A stretch of 64,000 nucleotides of DNA from a virus (IMGVR_UViG_3300042860_001920), one strand, 5' to 3'. Positions 46,828-56,752 are shown, counted from the stretch's first letter. The notes: a model not told the origin generated them from the sequence alone. Program-made: numbers and translations.

Positions 46828-47206
46828 TCGAAATCTTTTTCTTAGCTTTCTTCACAACCTTGGGAACATCTGCAACCACAGGTTCCACAGTATCTTCAAC
46901 CTCTTCCACCTTCTGCTTCTTGACCTTTGCTCCCTTGGCCTTTTTAACACGCTTCACATCCTCTACAACGGCTTCATCCTGTGAAGTTGAGGGTTTACCT
47001 GCCTTGGCAACTTTCCACTCTTTCTTCGCCACATAAGCCCAACCCTGTTTAACAAGGTAGGTAGCTGAATCATTCTTCACACGCTTTACAACATTCTCTT
47101 TCTTAATACATTTCATAATTTTATTCCTTTCACTAACGTTTTCAACACTAAATTGCACCAAAGTCGTGTTCAGCAATACAGTAAGCGTTGTACACCTACT
47201 TACCAA
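46817..47206 (-). CDS. Lys/Ala-rich histone-H1-like protein
   Basis: C-terminal KKAKGAKVKKQKVEE...VVKKAKKK. Confidence 0.45.
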   Translation of the reverse strand: MVSRCTTLTVLLNTTLVQFSVENVSERNKIMKCIKKENVVKRVKNDSATYLVKQGWAYVAKKEWKVAKAGKPSTSQDEAVVEDVKRVKKAKGAKVKKQKVEEVEDTVEPVVADVPKVVKKAKKKISIEV

Positions 47207-47363
47207 TCCCCGTTCACTTTATGAGGTATTAGCGACCTCTTATTCGTTACTATGTTCGCCTCATAGGGAGACTTTGGAACTCCCCCTGTCGCATTAATCT
47301 GTGTGGATTTATTTACCGAATCTACTTCGTTGTATCCGAACCACACAAACCCATCTGCATTCT

Positions 47364-47564
47364 TTACATTACATCTTTAATATCTTTTATTCGAAACTCG
47401 TTATGACATCTTGCACAACTGATTTGATCGTTAGTCCAAACAACTTCCCAATTCTGTTTAACCTCATCCCAACTAAGATCAGCTTTGATATAAACATCAT
47501 ACCCACATTTAGGACAAACTTTCTGCTTAATCATCTTTATCTCCTGTGTTGTTACTTCTCGCAC
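47364..47564 (-). CDS. Zinc-ribbon protein
   Basis: CPKCGYD...CARCHNEF. Confidence 0.45.
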   Translation of the reverse strand: MREVTTQEIKMIKQKVCPKCGYDVYIKADLSWDEVKQNWEVVWTNDQISCARCHNEFRIKDIKDVM

Positions 47565-47607
47565 TCAATGTAAATACTCTAACACACCTTTATTAATCCG
47601 TCAACAA

Positions 47608-47826
47608 TTATTTTACCAAAGTCGATAAAAATAATTGAACAGAATACTGACCAATAATCAACAACGCTGACACAATGATAGCATCAACAAGAATACCCTT
47701 ATAAAAGTAAACTTTATTCAAAAATTCGTGCTTTGGTGTAAATTGATAATTCTTAAAAACACTTAAAATCCCTGCCAAAGGAATTACGATACCAATCAAA
47801 CATACCATTAATATTACAATTTTCAT
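47608..47826 (-). CDS. Small membrane protein
   Basis: 72 aa with 2 TM segments. Confidence 0.45.
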   Translation of the reverse strand: MKIVILMVCLIGIVIPLAGILSVFKNYQFTPKHEFLNKVYFYKGILVDAIIVSALLIIGQYSVQLFLSTLVK

Positions 47827-47827
47827 A

Positions 47828-48100
47828 TTATTCCTCTAATTTCAATTTAAGTTGTTCACCGACATATCCATTCAAATAATCATATACCATTTCATTGCTA
47901 CCGTCAATATCAGAAACAATCATTTTAGGATTATTCTTCTTACACCAGTTAATCACCTTATGTGGTGCAATAGATACATTCTGTGTTACCAATCGTTCAA
48001 TGGTATTATTAGTAGTAAATTCCTTCACAGGTGAAATAATACCAATATCAATACGCATTTTCACATTAGGGTAGTCAATTAAATATGCTATTAAAATCAT
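47828..48100 (-). CDS. Hypothetical protein
   Basis: Start moved to internal ATG 48100, giving an ATGA overlap with the upstream gene. Confidence 0.4.
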   Translation of the reverse strand: MILIAYLIDYPNVKMRIDIGIISPVKEFTTNNTIERLVTQNVSIAPHKVINWCKKNNPKMIVSDIDGSNEMVYDYLNGYVGEQLKLKLEE

Positions 48101-48402
48101 TTTTTCACCTTTACAAAAGCTCCTGCAATTAAGATCAAGATCATCAATACGCCTTCGATCACATGCCAACCCATCATATACTGAAAGAATATTGGATGTA
48201 CAGGAATTATCCAAGAACCCAACTGACTCAATATAATAACACGAGACACCCAACAAAGTAAAGCGCAAAAGTATTCATTCTTCAAATAACTTAATAGAAA
48301 CTTATAGGCTTCATTATTGACATTCCAACCCGCTATGAAGATAGCCACTGCAAATACTGTACTCCAAGTTATCATTTTTTCACCGTTAAATAATAGTGGC
48401 AA
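48097..48402 (-). CDS. Membrane protein
   Basis: 101 aa, hydrophobic. Confidence 0.45.
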   Translation of the reverse strand: MPLLFNGEKMITWSTVFAVAIFIAGWNVNNEAYKFLLSYLKNEYFCALLCWVSRVIILSQLGSWIIPVHPIFFQYMMGWHVIEGVLMILILIAGAFVKVKK

Positions 48403-48749
48403 CGCTTCGGATTAAGTACACCCATCATCTGCATAAATTCTTTCCAATGCTTCTTATGTCCAATTGATCGGTATATAGACCATTCATAAAGATGTGCGAC
48501 TTCGTGCGGTACAGTGTCACGTAGAAAATCATTAAGATTGTGTTCAATAAAATACATATTGAACTTTATCACATTATCTTCTACATAAGTCTTCCCTGCG
48601 GTTTTACCCTTTAAGTTAAATTTAATGTAAGGTAATGATGGTTGTAAGTACGAACCACCTAAGAATAGTTTATTCATAAGCACATAAAACATTTCATGTG
48701 TCTTATTAATCACACGCTCTTGAAGCTGTTCTGTAATTATATCATCCAT
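48372..48749 (-). CDS. SprT-like zinc metallopeptidase
   Basis: HExxH motif VPHEVAHLYEW. Confidence 0.55.
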   Translation of the reverse strand: MDDIITEQLQERVINKTHEMFYVLMNKLFLGGSYLQPSLPYIKFNLKGKTAGKTYVEDNVIKFNMYFIEHNLNDFLRDTVPHEVAHLYEWSIYRSIGHKKHWKEFMQMMGVLNPKRCHYYLTVKK

Positions 48750-48957
48750 GTATCACCCTTAAAAGCCTAGTTAAAATGTTCTTATCAGTACATAGATTAC
48801 CAACAATTCGTCTACTGTCAATCTCTTCTTTCACCATTTTAAGACGAGGGATTAAAGGGTTATCATTCATGACATCACCTTTATTTAAAATTTCATACAA
48901 ACGTGTTTGTTCGGTAAGTAATGTCGATACGTCCATATTGTCAATATCATCATTCAA
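48742..48957 (-). CDS. Hypothetical protein
   Basis: 71-aa ORF. Confidence 0.4.
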   Translation of the reverse strand: MNDDIDNMDVSTLLTEQTRLYEILNKGDVMNDNPLIPRLKMVKEEIDSRRIVGNLCTDKNILTRLLRVIHG

Positions 48958-49289
48958 AATTGTATTTCCCCTGACTTGGCTTTCATTTCATCTTTGACAA
49001 TATCCATTGTAAGTTTAAATATTGCCAAGACTTCATCGTTCTCATTATAAGCTGTAGCAAATGCCTTTGCGTACCCATCAGATACCCACCGCATACCAGT
49101 AGCTTCCCAACCTATATCTTTACCTATTTCGGAACTCCAAGTCCATTTAGCGATTTCAATACATTTTAATTGAACTACTACACGTTCACTAGGATGTTGC
49201 TTCATGAAGAACATCTTTAAGAAACAATACGGATGTGTACACTCTGATGTACAACTCTTCAACAATTTCTCGTATTGTAAATCGTTCAT
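48954..49289 (-). CDS. Hypothetical protein
   Basis: 111-aa ORF. Confidence 0.45.
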   Translation of the reverse strand: MNDLQYEKLLKSCTSECTHPYCFLKMFFMKQHPSERVVVQLKCIEIAKWTWSSEIGKDIGWEATGMRWVSDGYAKAFATAYNENDEVLAIFKLTMDIVKDEMKAKSGEIQF

Positions 49290-49291
49290 AA

Positions 49292-49486
49292 CTAAGCACT
49301 TCTGCCAGTATATTGAGCGTGTTTATCAAGGAATTCAATGCGTCCGTCTTTACGTGTAGCCATGATGAAATCCCCATTCACCTGTACACTGACATAACCA
49401 CTCCCAACTGATGCACGACCATTACCCTGACCACGCTCATTCAAAATTATCACACGACCATTCTCAAGCTTTGCAAATATACTCAT
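49292..49486 (-). CDS. Hypothetical protein
   Basis: 64-aa ORF. Confidence 0.4.
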   Translation of the reverse strand: MSIFAKLENGRVIILNERGQGNGRASVGSGYVSVQVNGDFIMATRKDGRIEFLDKHAQYTGRSA

Positions 49487-49488
49487 TA

Positions 49489-50004
49489 TTATTTTCCTTC
49501 CTTTAATTTATTTTTAGAACCTTTTGGACGACCTCTACGTTTAATTTCGCCTTGAATTTGTTGATTAATCTGTTCAACACTATCTGGTGTAATCTTCTCA
49601 TCAACCTTCAATGACATAATTTTCTTCTCACTTTCTTTCTCAATTGTACCAACACTGAAATTATCTTCTGGAGTAATTTTATTCTCAATCTTTGGAATGT
49701 TTGTATATTCTTTCTCAAACTGTTCCCAAGCACCGATTGATTTTAAAAAATTCTCTCCATCTTTGATATCACGCACATTAACTAATCTTGATACCAATTG
49801 GGTTTTATCTACGACTTCCCATGCATGTAAACCTCTGGTCAAAGCCTTTATGAATAAAAATTTATAATGACTTGATGTGACCTCAAACTCTTTATATCCT
49901 GAGTACATATATACCTCAAACGAAACGGCAGGGAGTGGGTGAGGGTAACACCACACTCCCCGCAGGGAACTATTAGCGACTAACGAAACGACCCTTACTA
50001 TCAC
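49489..50004 (-). CDS. Hypothetical protein with C-terminal AT-hook-like tail
   Basis: KRRGRPKGSKNK. Confidence 0.45.
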   Translation of the reverse strand: MIVRVVSLVANSSLRGVWCYPHPLPAVSFEVYMYSGYKEFEVTSSHYKFLFIKALTRGLHAWEVVDKTQLVSRLVNVRDIKDGENFLKSIGAWEQFEKEYTNIPKIENKITPEDNFSVGTIEKESEKKIMSLKVDEKITPDSVEQINQQIQGEIKRRGRPKGSKNKLKEGK

Positions 50005-51061
50005 GCACGTTGTGATAAGTAGTCACAACACTATCGGACTTGGAACGATCAAACTCAATCTCACCTTGTGTATCCTCGCCACCATCATCTTCTTCATCTT
50101 CTTCCTCGTCATAAGCAGAACAATCGTTTTCTGCGTCTTGATAACCTTCAAACCACGTATCATAATCATCCGTACCAAATTCGTAAGGATTCATATCATC
50201 ATCCACACCACGATCAAAGGCATCACTACCAAGTTCATACGGATCAGCACCTTCCACAGGACTATTAACTTTCGTTACAGCTTGAGCGACTTCACCCTTT
50301 GCAGTGTACAAGGGAGCAGTGAAGTATTCCTTGCTATTAGGTTCCTCAATAGTCTTAGGAATTTCTGCCACAACCGTATACTCACAGCAACGCATCTTGG
50401 TGTTCTTATAATCCACAGGAACAGCAACCACATCCTTCGGATTAATTTTAACAATAATCATTCGACCCTGACCACCCTGATAGTAGGGAAGATAATCTTT
50501 TGAACACACATGCAAACCCGTAGAACACGTAACGTGCATATCATCGTTACACTGGTTACGAGGCATCTTGACAACTGCACCAACGCTGTTATCAAATTTA
50601 CCACTAAAAAAGTCTTTGAACTCTTCCGTCACACGCTTGTAAGCGAAGAAACAACCATCTTCACAGATAGGGAGTGCATTAAACTCCAAGAACGTGTAAA
50701 TTTGATCGCAAGTATTCTTGCTCGGATTAAGCATAAGATTCTCAAAGAACTTAACCATAGGTGCAAAAGGCATCTTCTGGTTCATCAAAGAGATGATACG
50801 ATTAGTCAAAGCCGAATGTACGGGCATAGAATCATAATAAATGATCCCATCGATAACCTGCACTTTACCTTCACCAAACTTATTAATCTGCTTACCCACT
50901 TCCAAAAGGTTTTCCAATTCAGAATAATCTTTAGTACGAAGCGCACCAAGGATGTCCTGATATGATACATGATCGGTTTCAACGGTATAAACCTTTGAAC
51001 CAATGATGATCGTAATCTTACCACTGCCACTAATCATAGAACCAACTGTTTGCATTTTCAT
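49973..51061 (-). CDS. Hypothetical protein with highly acidic C-terminus
   Basis: 362 aa ending DEEEDEEDDGGEDTQGE. Confidence 0.5.
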   Translation of the reverse strand: MKMQTVGSMISGSGKITIIIGSKVYTVETDHVSYQDILGALRTKDYSELENLLEVGKQINKFGEGKVQVIDGIIYYDSMPVHSALTNRIISLMNQKMPFAPMVKFFENLMLNPSKNTCDQIYTFLEFNALPICEDGCFFAYKRVTEEFKDFFSGKFDNSVGAVVKMPRNQCNDDMHVTCSTGLHVCSKDYLPYYQGGQGRMIIVKINPKDVVAVPVDYKNTKMRCCEYTVVAEIPKTIEEPNSKEYFTAPLYTAKGEVAQAVTKVNSPVEGADPYELGSDAFDRGVDDDMNPYEFGTDDYDTWFEGYQDAENDCSAYDEEEDEEDDGGEDTQGEIEFDRSKSDSVVTTYHNVRDSKGRFVSR

Positions 51062-51102
51062 TCTCCTTTGTTATTATTGTCTCACTCGTTACTAATACTT
51101 TA

Positions 51103-53286
51103 TCACGCTACCGCAGGATTGTCAATAAGCATTCCTGAATTTTTAATCATTATTTCAATATAGTCTTTCACAATCTGTAAACCATTGGCATTGAAGTTAT
51201 CCGCAAAACGAATCATTGGGAAATCCATCTCGATACTTTCAAACATACTTTTGAACGTTTCACGATACTTACCAATCTTATCAATGTCAAGCGTTACATA
51301 CGGTGTCAAGAAAGGAATAATTTCTTTATTCGTAAAAAGTTCAAGAATCGTTTCGATATTATCTTTATACTTTACAAGATTTTTAAGTGAATCAATGTAA
51401 GTTTCGAAGTATGTTCGGTTTTGAGCAGTTTGATTGTGATAACCATTCAAATCAGTCGTACACTTCACGGAATCACTATTATACGCCTTACTGATATTCA
51501 CAATCTCTTCAAGTTCATTGTCTTTGATATAATCCTTAACCAAAGTTTCCGTATAGGTCTTCAACGGAACCCAATTGGTCAAAGGTGCAAAAGTAGCTGA
51601 ATACTCATTCGACTTGATACCATAGATCGTGACAGGTTCATCACTAATCTTTTCGAATAAATTTACATATTCGTCAAGGTAGCTTTGTGCCTTCTCACCG
51701 TCAATGCGATATCGGTTAATGATAACATAGACACCACCATCATCTAACTCTGGTTCAGCCACTTCCCAATTGTCACCATCGCTATAACCACCACCAACAT
51801 ACTTGAAAATCTTCTTGGTATTCTTATAGTTATACACACCACCACCGCTAGACTGACTAGAGCAACGCACAACCTTATCAAAAGGTAACTCACTGACAGG
51901 CGTAATCACAACATCATCTGCCATACCAATTTTAACTTTGAACGCTTTAACAGCTTCGTTAAGTAAATCAGGGTGAGCAGAGTGAATAAGATTTACGATA
52001 ACCTTTTCCACACCCAAAGCTTTCTGTTCCTGTATGTACTTGGTAATACGTGCTTTAACATTCTTTGTGGTATCACCTGCAAAGAATTTCTGTGACTTTG
52101 TAGCAACAAGATAATGAAGCGTATTGAAGCCATAACGATCACGATTAGAACGTCTAGTTTTCGTGAAAAGATGTGAAGTAACATTGAATGAATGATAATC
52201 TGTCTCACCGAAACAAATTTCCTCTTTACCGACAGGTTCACCATTGAATGTGACGGAAATATTTTCCACAATATTACGGAAAACTTTCATGGAACCACTG
52301 GTCAATTCATGCAACAAAATCTTAGCATCCCAAAGACTTTTGCAGTTGGCAATCTCATTATTAAGTTCTTCTGCCAACTCTTTAACAATAAGAGTTAGTT
52401 TATCCTTAATGTTTTTCTTGGTTTGTGTGTTGTATGAAAGTTTTTCACGACTAGCGGCAACATCCAATTCACCGATATTGAAAAAGATATCGATATTCAA
52501 CTTCAAGATAGCCTTTTCTTCTGTCGTAAGCGTATCAAAGTCGGCTCCACCCATGCTATAAGCAACATTACCCATAACTGCATTGGCATTACCCCAACTA
52601 TCAGCATCACGCAAACCCCACTTACCATCACGTTTCTGAATGTAGGTCACTTCGGGAATGTCGCAGGTACGTCCAATGAAATTGGGTTTCGTCTTGAAGT
52701 AGGTATAGGTACTTCGTGCTTTGGAATAAAATGTATAGATATCCTGCTGTTTCACAGAGAAACTTATTTCAAGTCCATTGTGTTCAGTGGTTTCCTCAGT
52801 CAACAAAGTTGCGTAAGCAGGGATATCATTCTCATTCAAGAACATGTTATACACCGTCTTGACACCATTGAAATACGAGATAACAGTGAAGTTATCAGTG
52901 TACGAGAAAGGAGACTTAGAACCCAATCCAAGGCATCCAACTTGGTCATTGGAATTAGTCTTGGTGGATTTGAACAAGATCGTGTAGATAGTCACAATGT
53001 CTTCATGTGCCAACCCGATACCATAGTCACGGAGCATGAAAAATGGTTCAAGTGTACTAGGAAGATGTACATCAAACTTAAAGTCTGCCTTACCTGCCGT
53101 GACATGTGCATCATAGGCATTACAACCCAATTCACGCATGATTGCAGTGGGCTTGTCAGAGTACAAACCATCAAACAGAATACGAAAAGCTTTTGCTGAT
53201 GCCTCAATTTGGAAAGTCTTTTCTGGAAAACTATCTGAACGCTCGATCACATTTCTAATCTCATTTTGAATCATAACTAATCTCAC
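51103..53286 (-). CDS. GHKL (HATPase_c, Hsp90/MORC-like) ATPase, 727 aa
   Basis: N box ELGCNAYDA; G1 box DYGIGL; G2 box GCLGLGSKS. Confidence 0.6.
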   Translation of the reverse strand: MRLVMIQNEIRNVIERSDSFPEKTFQIEASAKAFRILFDGLYSDKPTAIMRELGCNAYDAHVTAGKADFKFDVHLPSTLEPFFMLRDYGIGLAHEDIVTIYTILFKSTKTNSNDQVGCLGLGSKSPFSYTDNFTVISYFNGVKTVYNMFLNENDIPAYATLLTEETTEHNGLEISFSVKQQDIYTFYSKARSTYTYFKTKPNFIGRTCDIPEVTYIQKRDGKWGLRDADSWGNANAVMGNVAYSMGGADFDTLTTEEKAILKLNIDIFFNIGELDVAASREKLSYNTQTKKNIKDKLTLIVKELAEELNNEIANCKSLWDAKILLHELTSGSMKVFRNIVENISVTFNGEPVGKEEICFGETDYHSFNVTSHLFTKTRRSNRDRYGFNTLHYLVATKSQKFFAGDTTKNVKARITKYIQEQKALGVEKVIVNLIHSAHPDLLNEAVKAFKVKIGMADDVVITPVSELPFDKVVRCSSQSSGGGVYNYKNTKKIFKYVGGGYSDGDNWEVAEPELDDGGVYVIINRYRIDGEKAQSYLDEYVNLFEKISDEPVTIYGIKSNEYSATFAPLTNWVPLKTYTETLVKDYIKDNELEEIVNISKAYNSDSVKCTTDLNGYHNQTAQNRTYFETYIDSLKNLVKYKDNIETILELFTNKEIIPFLTPYVTLDIDKIGKYRETFKSMFESIEMDFPMIRFADNFNANGLQIVKDYIEIMIKNSGMLIDNPAVA

Positions 53287-53313
53287 CTTGTTTTACGTTT
53301 GATGCCTTATGCA

Positions 53314-53388
53314 CTCAACTTCAATAAGTATGAACTATCCCCTGTGACTTGTCAACTACTGCGTGAAATTTTAATGTTTTCTTATCGC
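53314..53388 (-). promoter_or_regulatory. Early-promoter repeat family, copy 1
   Basis: Minus strand GTAGTTGACAAG-17nt-CATACTTATTGAAGTTGAG; conserved ~75-bp element. Confidence 0.55.
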
Positions 53389-53645
53389 CCTACGAAAGGA
53401 AGCAATGTTTCAGCGGGTGGATTACCTTCTGCCATGTGGTTTTCAATGATATCAGGACTCCACTTTGTACGCTCAATCTGGTCAGCACGTTTATACAATT
53501 CACTATCTTGATTGTAATAACGCTTGATAAACTTTAAGGTAACTTCCTTCATGATACGCATTTCGCCTTCATAACGAAGAATCTTACCCCACATGTAATA
53601 CTGTGATACAGTTAGTACACCTATAACTAGAATTAATAGGAACAT
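53382..53645 (-). CDS. Hypothetical protein
   Basis: 87-aa ORF with N-terminal TM. Confidence 0.4.
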   Translation of the reverse strand: MFLLILVIGVLTVSQYYMWGKILRYEGEMRIMKEVTLKFIKRYYNQDSELYKRADQIERTKWSPDIIENHMAEGNPPAETLLPFVGR

Positions 53646-53654
53646 ATTGTACTC

Positions 53655-53849
53655 TTAAACTTTCTCATATGAAAGAGATACGATATCTTTACCAAGTTTC
53701 TCATTATCATCACCACAATCCATGTCCTTGATTACCAACGAGATACATTTATCTTTCCTTACAATATTAGGAACTCCACCACGAACTTCAATCACAACAG
53801 TAGGAATACGGAAAGAAGGGTCATTCTTAGTTTTAAACGTTTTGCTCAT
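53655..53849 (-). CDS. Hypothetical protein
   Basis: 64-aa ORF. Confidence 0.4.
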   Translation of the reverse strand: MSKTFKTKNDPSFRIPTVVIEVRGGVPNIVRKDKCISLVIKDMDCGDDNEKLGKDIVSLSYEKV

Positions 53850-54096
53850 CTTTTTCTCCTTTATTTACTATTTCTTTTACTTCTTCAACCATCGGTACAA
53901 CACTAACAGAAGGCACTTCACTTGTCAAGACCTCAATTGTACCAGTTACAGGGTTCACATTAAATTTAATCTGATCGTCAAGGGGCTGTGATGCACCAAT
54001 GATAAGGTCTGCATCACCTGTGATGTTCTTCGCCTTGCTGAAACGAATCTGCTGACGAAAGACTTCAATTGGCATACCGTTAATGTGCATACTCAT
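53833..54096 (-). CDS. Hypothetical protein
   Basis: 87-aa ORF. Confidence 0.4.
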   Translation of the reverse strand: MSMHINGMPIEVFRQQIRFSKAKNITGDADLIIGASQPLDDQIKFNVNPVTGTIEVLTSEVPSVSVVPMVEEVKEIVNKGEKDEQNV

Positions 54097-54326
54097 TTGC
54101 TTACAACTCCTGTCAAAGTTACTGGCACAACTCGATACCCATCTTCATACAAATCATTCCAACAAATATAATCAAGATATGGATCATCTTCATTAAGTTT
54201 AGTGAAGATATTAAACTTATACATAAATCTGCCGATACATTCAGTAGGATCATTATCAAACGTTGAATCGAGTGTATCACCGTCTGGTGTCTCAATCACA
54301 TAACCAGTTACTTTAATTTTTTTCAT
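54093..54326 (-). CDS. Hypothetical protein
   Basis: 77-aa ORF. Confidence 0.4.
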   Translation of the reverse strand: MKKIKVTGYVIETPDGDTLDSTFDNDPTECIGRFMYKFNIFTKLNEDDPYLDYICWNDLYEDGYRVVPVTLTGVVSK

Positions 54327-54508
54327 AATTCACTCTTCAAGTTCTTATTAAATTTATTCCAATATCCTCTAGCCCTCACCTTATTCTTATATAAAGGTGT
54401 GCATAAGAAGCACTTAGGACATTCATACCTGAACTGGTTAGACGCTCGTTTCAATTCAGGCACTACTTCACAAAACTTACAAACTTTTGGTATTGGTTTG
54501 GCTTTCAT
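54323..54508 (-). CDS. Zinc-ribbon protein
   Basis: CKFCE...CPKCFLC. Confidence 0.4.
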   Translation of the reverse strand: MKAKPIPKVCKFCEVVPELKRASNQFRYECPKCFLCTPLYKNKVRARGYWNKFNKNLKSEL

Positions 54509-54778
54509 TTACTTGTTACATCACAATTTATCCTTAAAACAATTCAATCTCTTGATGGGTTACATCGATAACACCATCATATTTATTACATACTTCAAAT
54601 AACACCTTATCTGCCGACAATGGCATAGTGTTTAGCACAGTTGACAAACAACCATTCACCAACACCGATTCACCGATACGCACCTCTTTAGCATCTTGTA
54701 TAGTCATAATTAATACTTTACACCTTTCTGATTAAATTGTCAATATTGTTTTAAAATGCTCAAGTTTTCTTTTCAAGT

Positions 54779-54898
54779 TGGCAGGAACGGGAAGAGTCGA
54801 ACTTCCACATATTGGGTATATCTACCCCTTTTCACCTATCTACCATTATAGAATTAATATGTCCAGTACTAAACATATCTATCATATAGGTCGTTCCC
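54779..54898 (-). tRNA. tRNA-like gene with canonical T-arm and encoded CCA; 5' boundary uncertain
   Basis: GGAAG-TTCGACT-CTTCC then CGTTCCT-G-CCA; the only 7-nt acceptor partner (GGGAACG) lies 120 nt upstream. Confidence 0.35.
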
Positions 54899-54904
54899 AT
54901 AAAT

Positions 54905-54987
54905 TGGTGGCTACGAAGGGAGTCGAACCCTTATGCCGAAGCGAGGGATTTTAAGTCCCTTGTGTATGCCAATTCCACCACGTAGCC
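54905..54987 (-). tRNA. tRNA-Leu(UAA), type II, CCA encoded
   Basis: Acceptor GGCTACG/CGTAGCC; D GTG-GAATTGGCATA-CAC; anticodon arm AGGGA-CTTAAAA-TCCCT; 11-nt variable arm; T-arm AAGGG-TTCGACT-CCCTT; A+CCA. Confidence 0.8.
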
Positions 54988-54990
54988 AAA

Positions 54991-55314
54991 TTAAAATCCT
55001 TTAAAACTGAGTGTTTGCTTTATAATTTCTGCATCATCAGGAAGTGAATCGAGTCCTAGACTGACCGATTTTCCCCAAACCTTCACAATAACATCATCTT
55101 CAAAACACCTATCTTCTCCGCTATGGTCTATGCTACAGAACCCTGCACTCGTGATACGCATACCACAACGAACCTTGTCATGTGAAATAGCTTCATTAAA
55201 AATTACTGCAAAAAGATCATCACCGATAACATATTTCATATTAAATTTAATCCTTATGTAGTTCATCCCATACTCGATATGCGAGAGATTTAGCGAGAAA
55301 TGTAGCATTCTCAA
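54991..55314 (-). CDS. Hypothetical protein
   Basis: 107-aa ORF. Confidence 0.4.
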   Translation of the reverse strand: MRMLHFSLNLSHIEYGMNYIRIKFNMKYVIGDDLFAVIFNEAISHDKVRCGMRITSAGFCSIDHSGEDRCFEDDVIVKVWGKSVSLGLDSLPDDAEIIKQTLSFKGF

Positions 55315-55535
55315 TTGCTCGTTTAGTATCTACATAACTTTGAGTCCCAATATTGGTGTTAGCGAACTTAATAGCGGTATAGTTTAGCACAAACTGTTTA
55401 ATAAATTCTTCTCGATTCATAACATTCCTTAAAGTGTGAGTAACCCTGTCTCATTCACAACAACACTAATGAGCCTATGAATGTGTTGCTTCGTTTATCC
55501 CTACCACGTTACTCTTGGGGATTCTTGGATTGTTT

Positions 55536-55610
55536 TGGTACTCCTATTCAGACTTGAACTGAATTAACCAGATTAAAAGTCTGGTACTTCACCATAAAAG
55601 TTTTAGGAGC
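55536..55610 (-). tRNA. tRNA-Lys(UUU), CCA encoded
   Basis: Acceptor GCTCCTA/TAGGAGT (G1-U72 wobble); anticodon arm CCAGA-CTTTTAA-TCTGG; T-arm TTCAG-TTCAAGT-CTGAA; A+CCA; 75 nt. Confidence 0.75.
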
Positions 55611-55627
55611 ATTACATTAAATTTTAT

Positions 55628-55891
55628 TTATTCTCCACAAAGGGTACAACCCTCACAAGGATTAACATCATTAGGATCATCTTCACATCCCGTATAATCA
55701 GGTTCAATAACATCCTCTGGAATACTGGCATTGAGTGCCTGAATCTCTTCCATCGTGAGAGTACCATCATCATCAGGATACATGTCAATGAAATCCGCAC
55801 AAATAACCATTTCACGCTTCTCAGCCTTCTTGTGACAGGGGATGAGTTTCTTGCATTCCAAACATGTTTTAACTTCGCACATAATCTTCAC
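55628..55891 (-). CDS. Cys-rich protein
   Basis: 87 aa with 8 Cys. Confidence 0.45.
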   Translation of the reverse strand: MKIMCEVKTCLECKKLIPCHKKAEKREMVICADFIDMYPDDDGTLTMEEIQALNASIPEDVIEPDYTGCEDDPNDVNPCEGCTLCGE

Positions 55892-55917
55892 ACTTTCGTT
55901 TTGATTTGTTACTAATG

Positions 55918-55995
55918 ACGTTCAACTGTTAATAAGTATGCACTACAGCCGTTCCATTGTCAACTACTCTATGAAATACTCAAGTTTTTTATAAG
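55918..55995 (-). promoter_or_regulatory. Early-promoter repeat family, copy 2
   Basis: Minus strand TTGACA-17nt-CATACTTATTAACAGTTGAA. Confidence 0.55.
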
Positions 55996-56101
55996 GAGGT
56001 TGCGAGGCTTAATACCCGCTTTCCAGTTTCAGGGGAGATTTACTGGCGATTGATTTGTTAATTTGTCAATCCATTCGTCTAGCTGTTACTAATATTTATT
56101 C

Positions 56102-56428
56102 TCAATCTTTGTAATGCAATACCGTATATCGAATTGAATCCCAATTGAATCCAACATTTGCATCATGATCGCCCAACATTAGATCAAGTATCTCATTGGC
56201 TTCATCATCGGTCATTACGATGCCTTCACCTTTTGCCACGGACTGAACATCTTCCACCGTCCAGATCACTGCAATCTGATTCTTGAAGAATAATTCAATA
56301 CCATCTTTGACCAAGGTTTGCATCAATTCATCTTGATCTTTTGAAGATGTGTGAGTGATTTGTGATTCGTGTTCACGCAACACACCCATAATCGTATTCG
56401 TCAAATTAACAATTTCATGGTCTAACAT
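56102..56428 (-). CDS. Hypothetical acidic protein
   Basis: 108-aa ORF. Confidence 0.45.
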   Translation of the reverse strand: MLDHEIVNLTNTIMGVLREHESQITHTSSKDQDELMQTLVKDGIELFFKNQIAVIWTVEDVQSVAKGEGIVMTDDEANEILDLMLGDHDANVGFNWDSIRYTVLHYKD

Positions 56429-56437
56429 AATATTCTC

Positions 56438-56752
56438 CTATTTACATTTACAAGCATATTTCTTTTCAGTTGATTCTCCACCCAAAGCCCAAATCCAACT
56501 AATCACACACAAAATCGGATTAGTGTGAAAGTACATGAATGTAGCAATAACGGCTACAGTCAATCGAGGTGCTAACACCCACCCAAACCAATATAACAAT
56601 CCTGCATACGGCATGAATGCAATACCCGTAACTAACATTGTCAATCGTGGAAAGAGTGCCATGAAGAATACGAACCAAAATCCATGCAAATTCCAAAAGT
56701 TTATCCTAATTTTATTTAACTTCCTCAACGCTCCAATCGTCTGAACCCTCAC
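56438..56752 (-). CDS. Membrane protein
   Basis: 104 aa with 3 TM. Confidence 0.45.
   Translation of the reverse strand: MRVQTIGALRKLNKIRINFWNLHGFWFVFFMALFPRLTMLVTGIAFMPYAGLLYWFGWVLAPRLTVAVIATFMYFHTNPILCVISWIWALGGESTEKKYACKCK

Noticed and set aside
50012-51030. Four ORFs (50012-50503, 50068-50268, 50510-50965, 50806-51030) overlapping 49973-51061
   Set aside because: They are His/Ile-rich and contained within a longer minus-strand gene with normal composition.
51185-53207. Six short ORFs on both strands inside the 727-aa GHKL gene
   Set aside because: They are embedded in a long ORF that carries coherent Bergerat-fold motifs.
54779-54898. Interpreting 54779-54898 as a single 120-nt intron-containing tRNA
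   Set aside because: Only the acceptor pairing supports it. No D or anticodon arms fold in the intervening sequence. I kept it as a low-confidence tRNA-like call.
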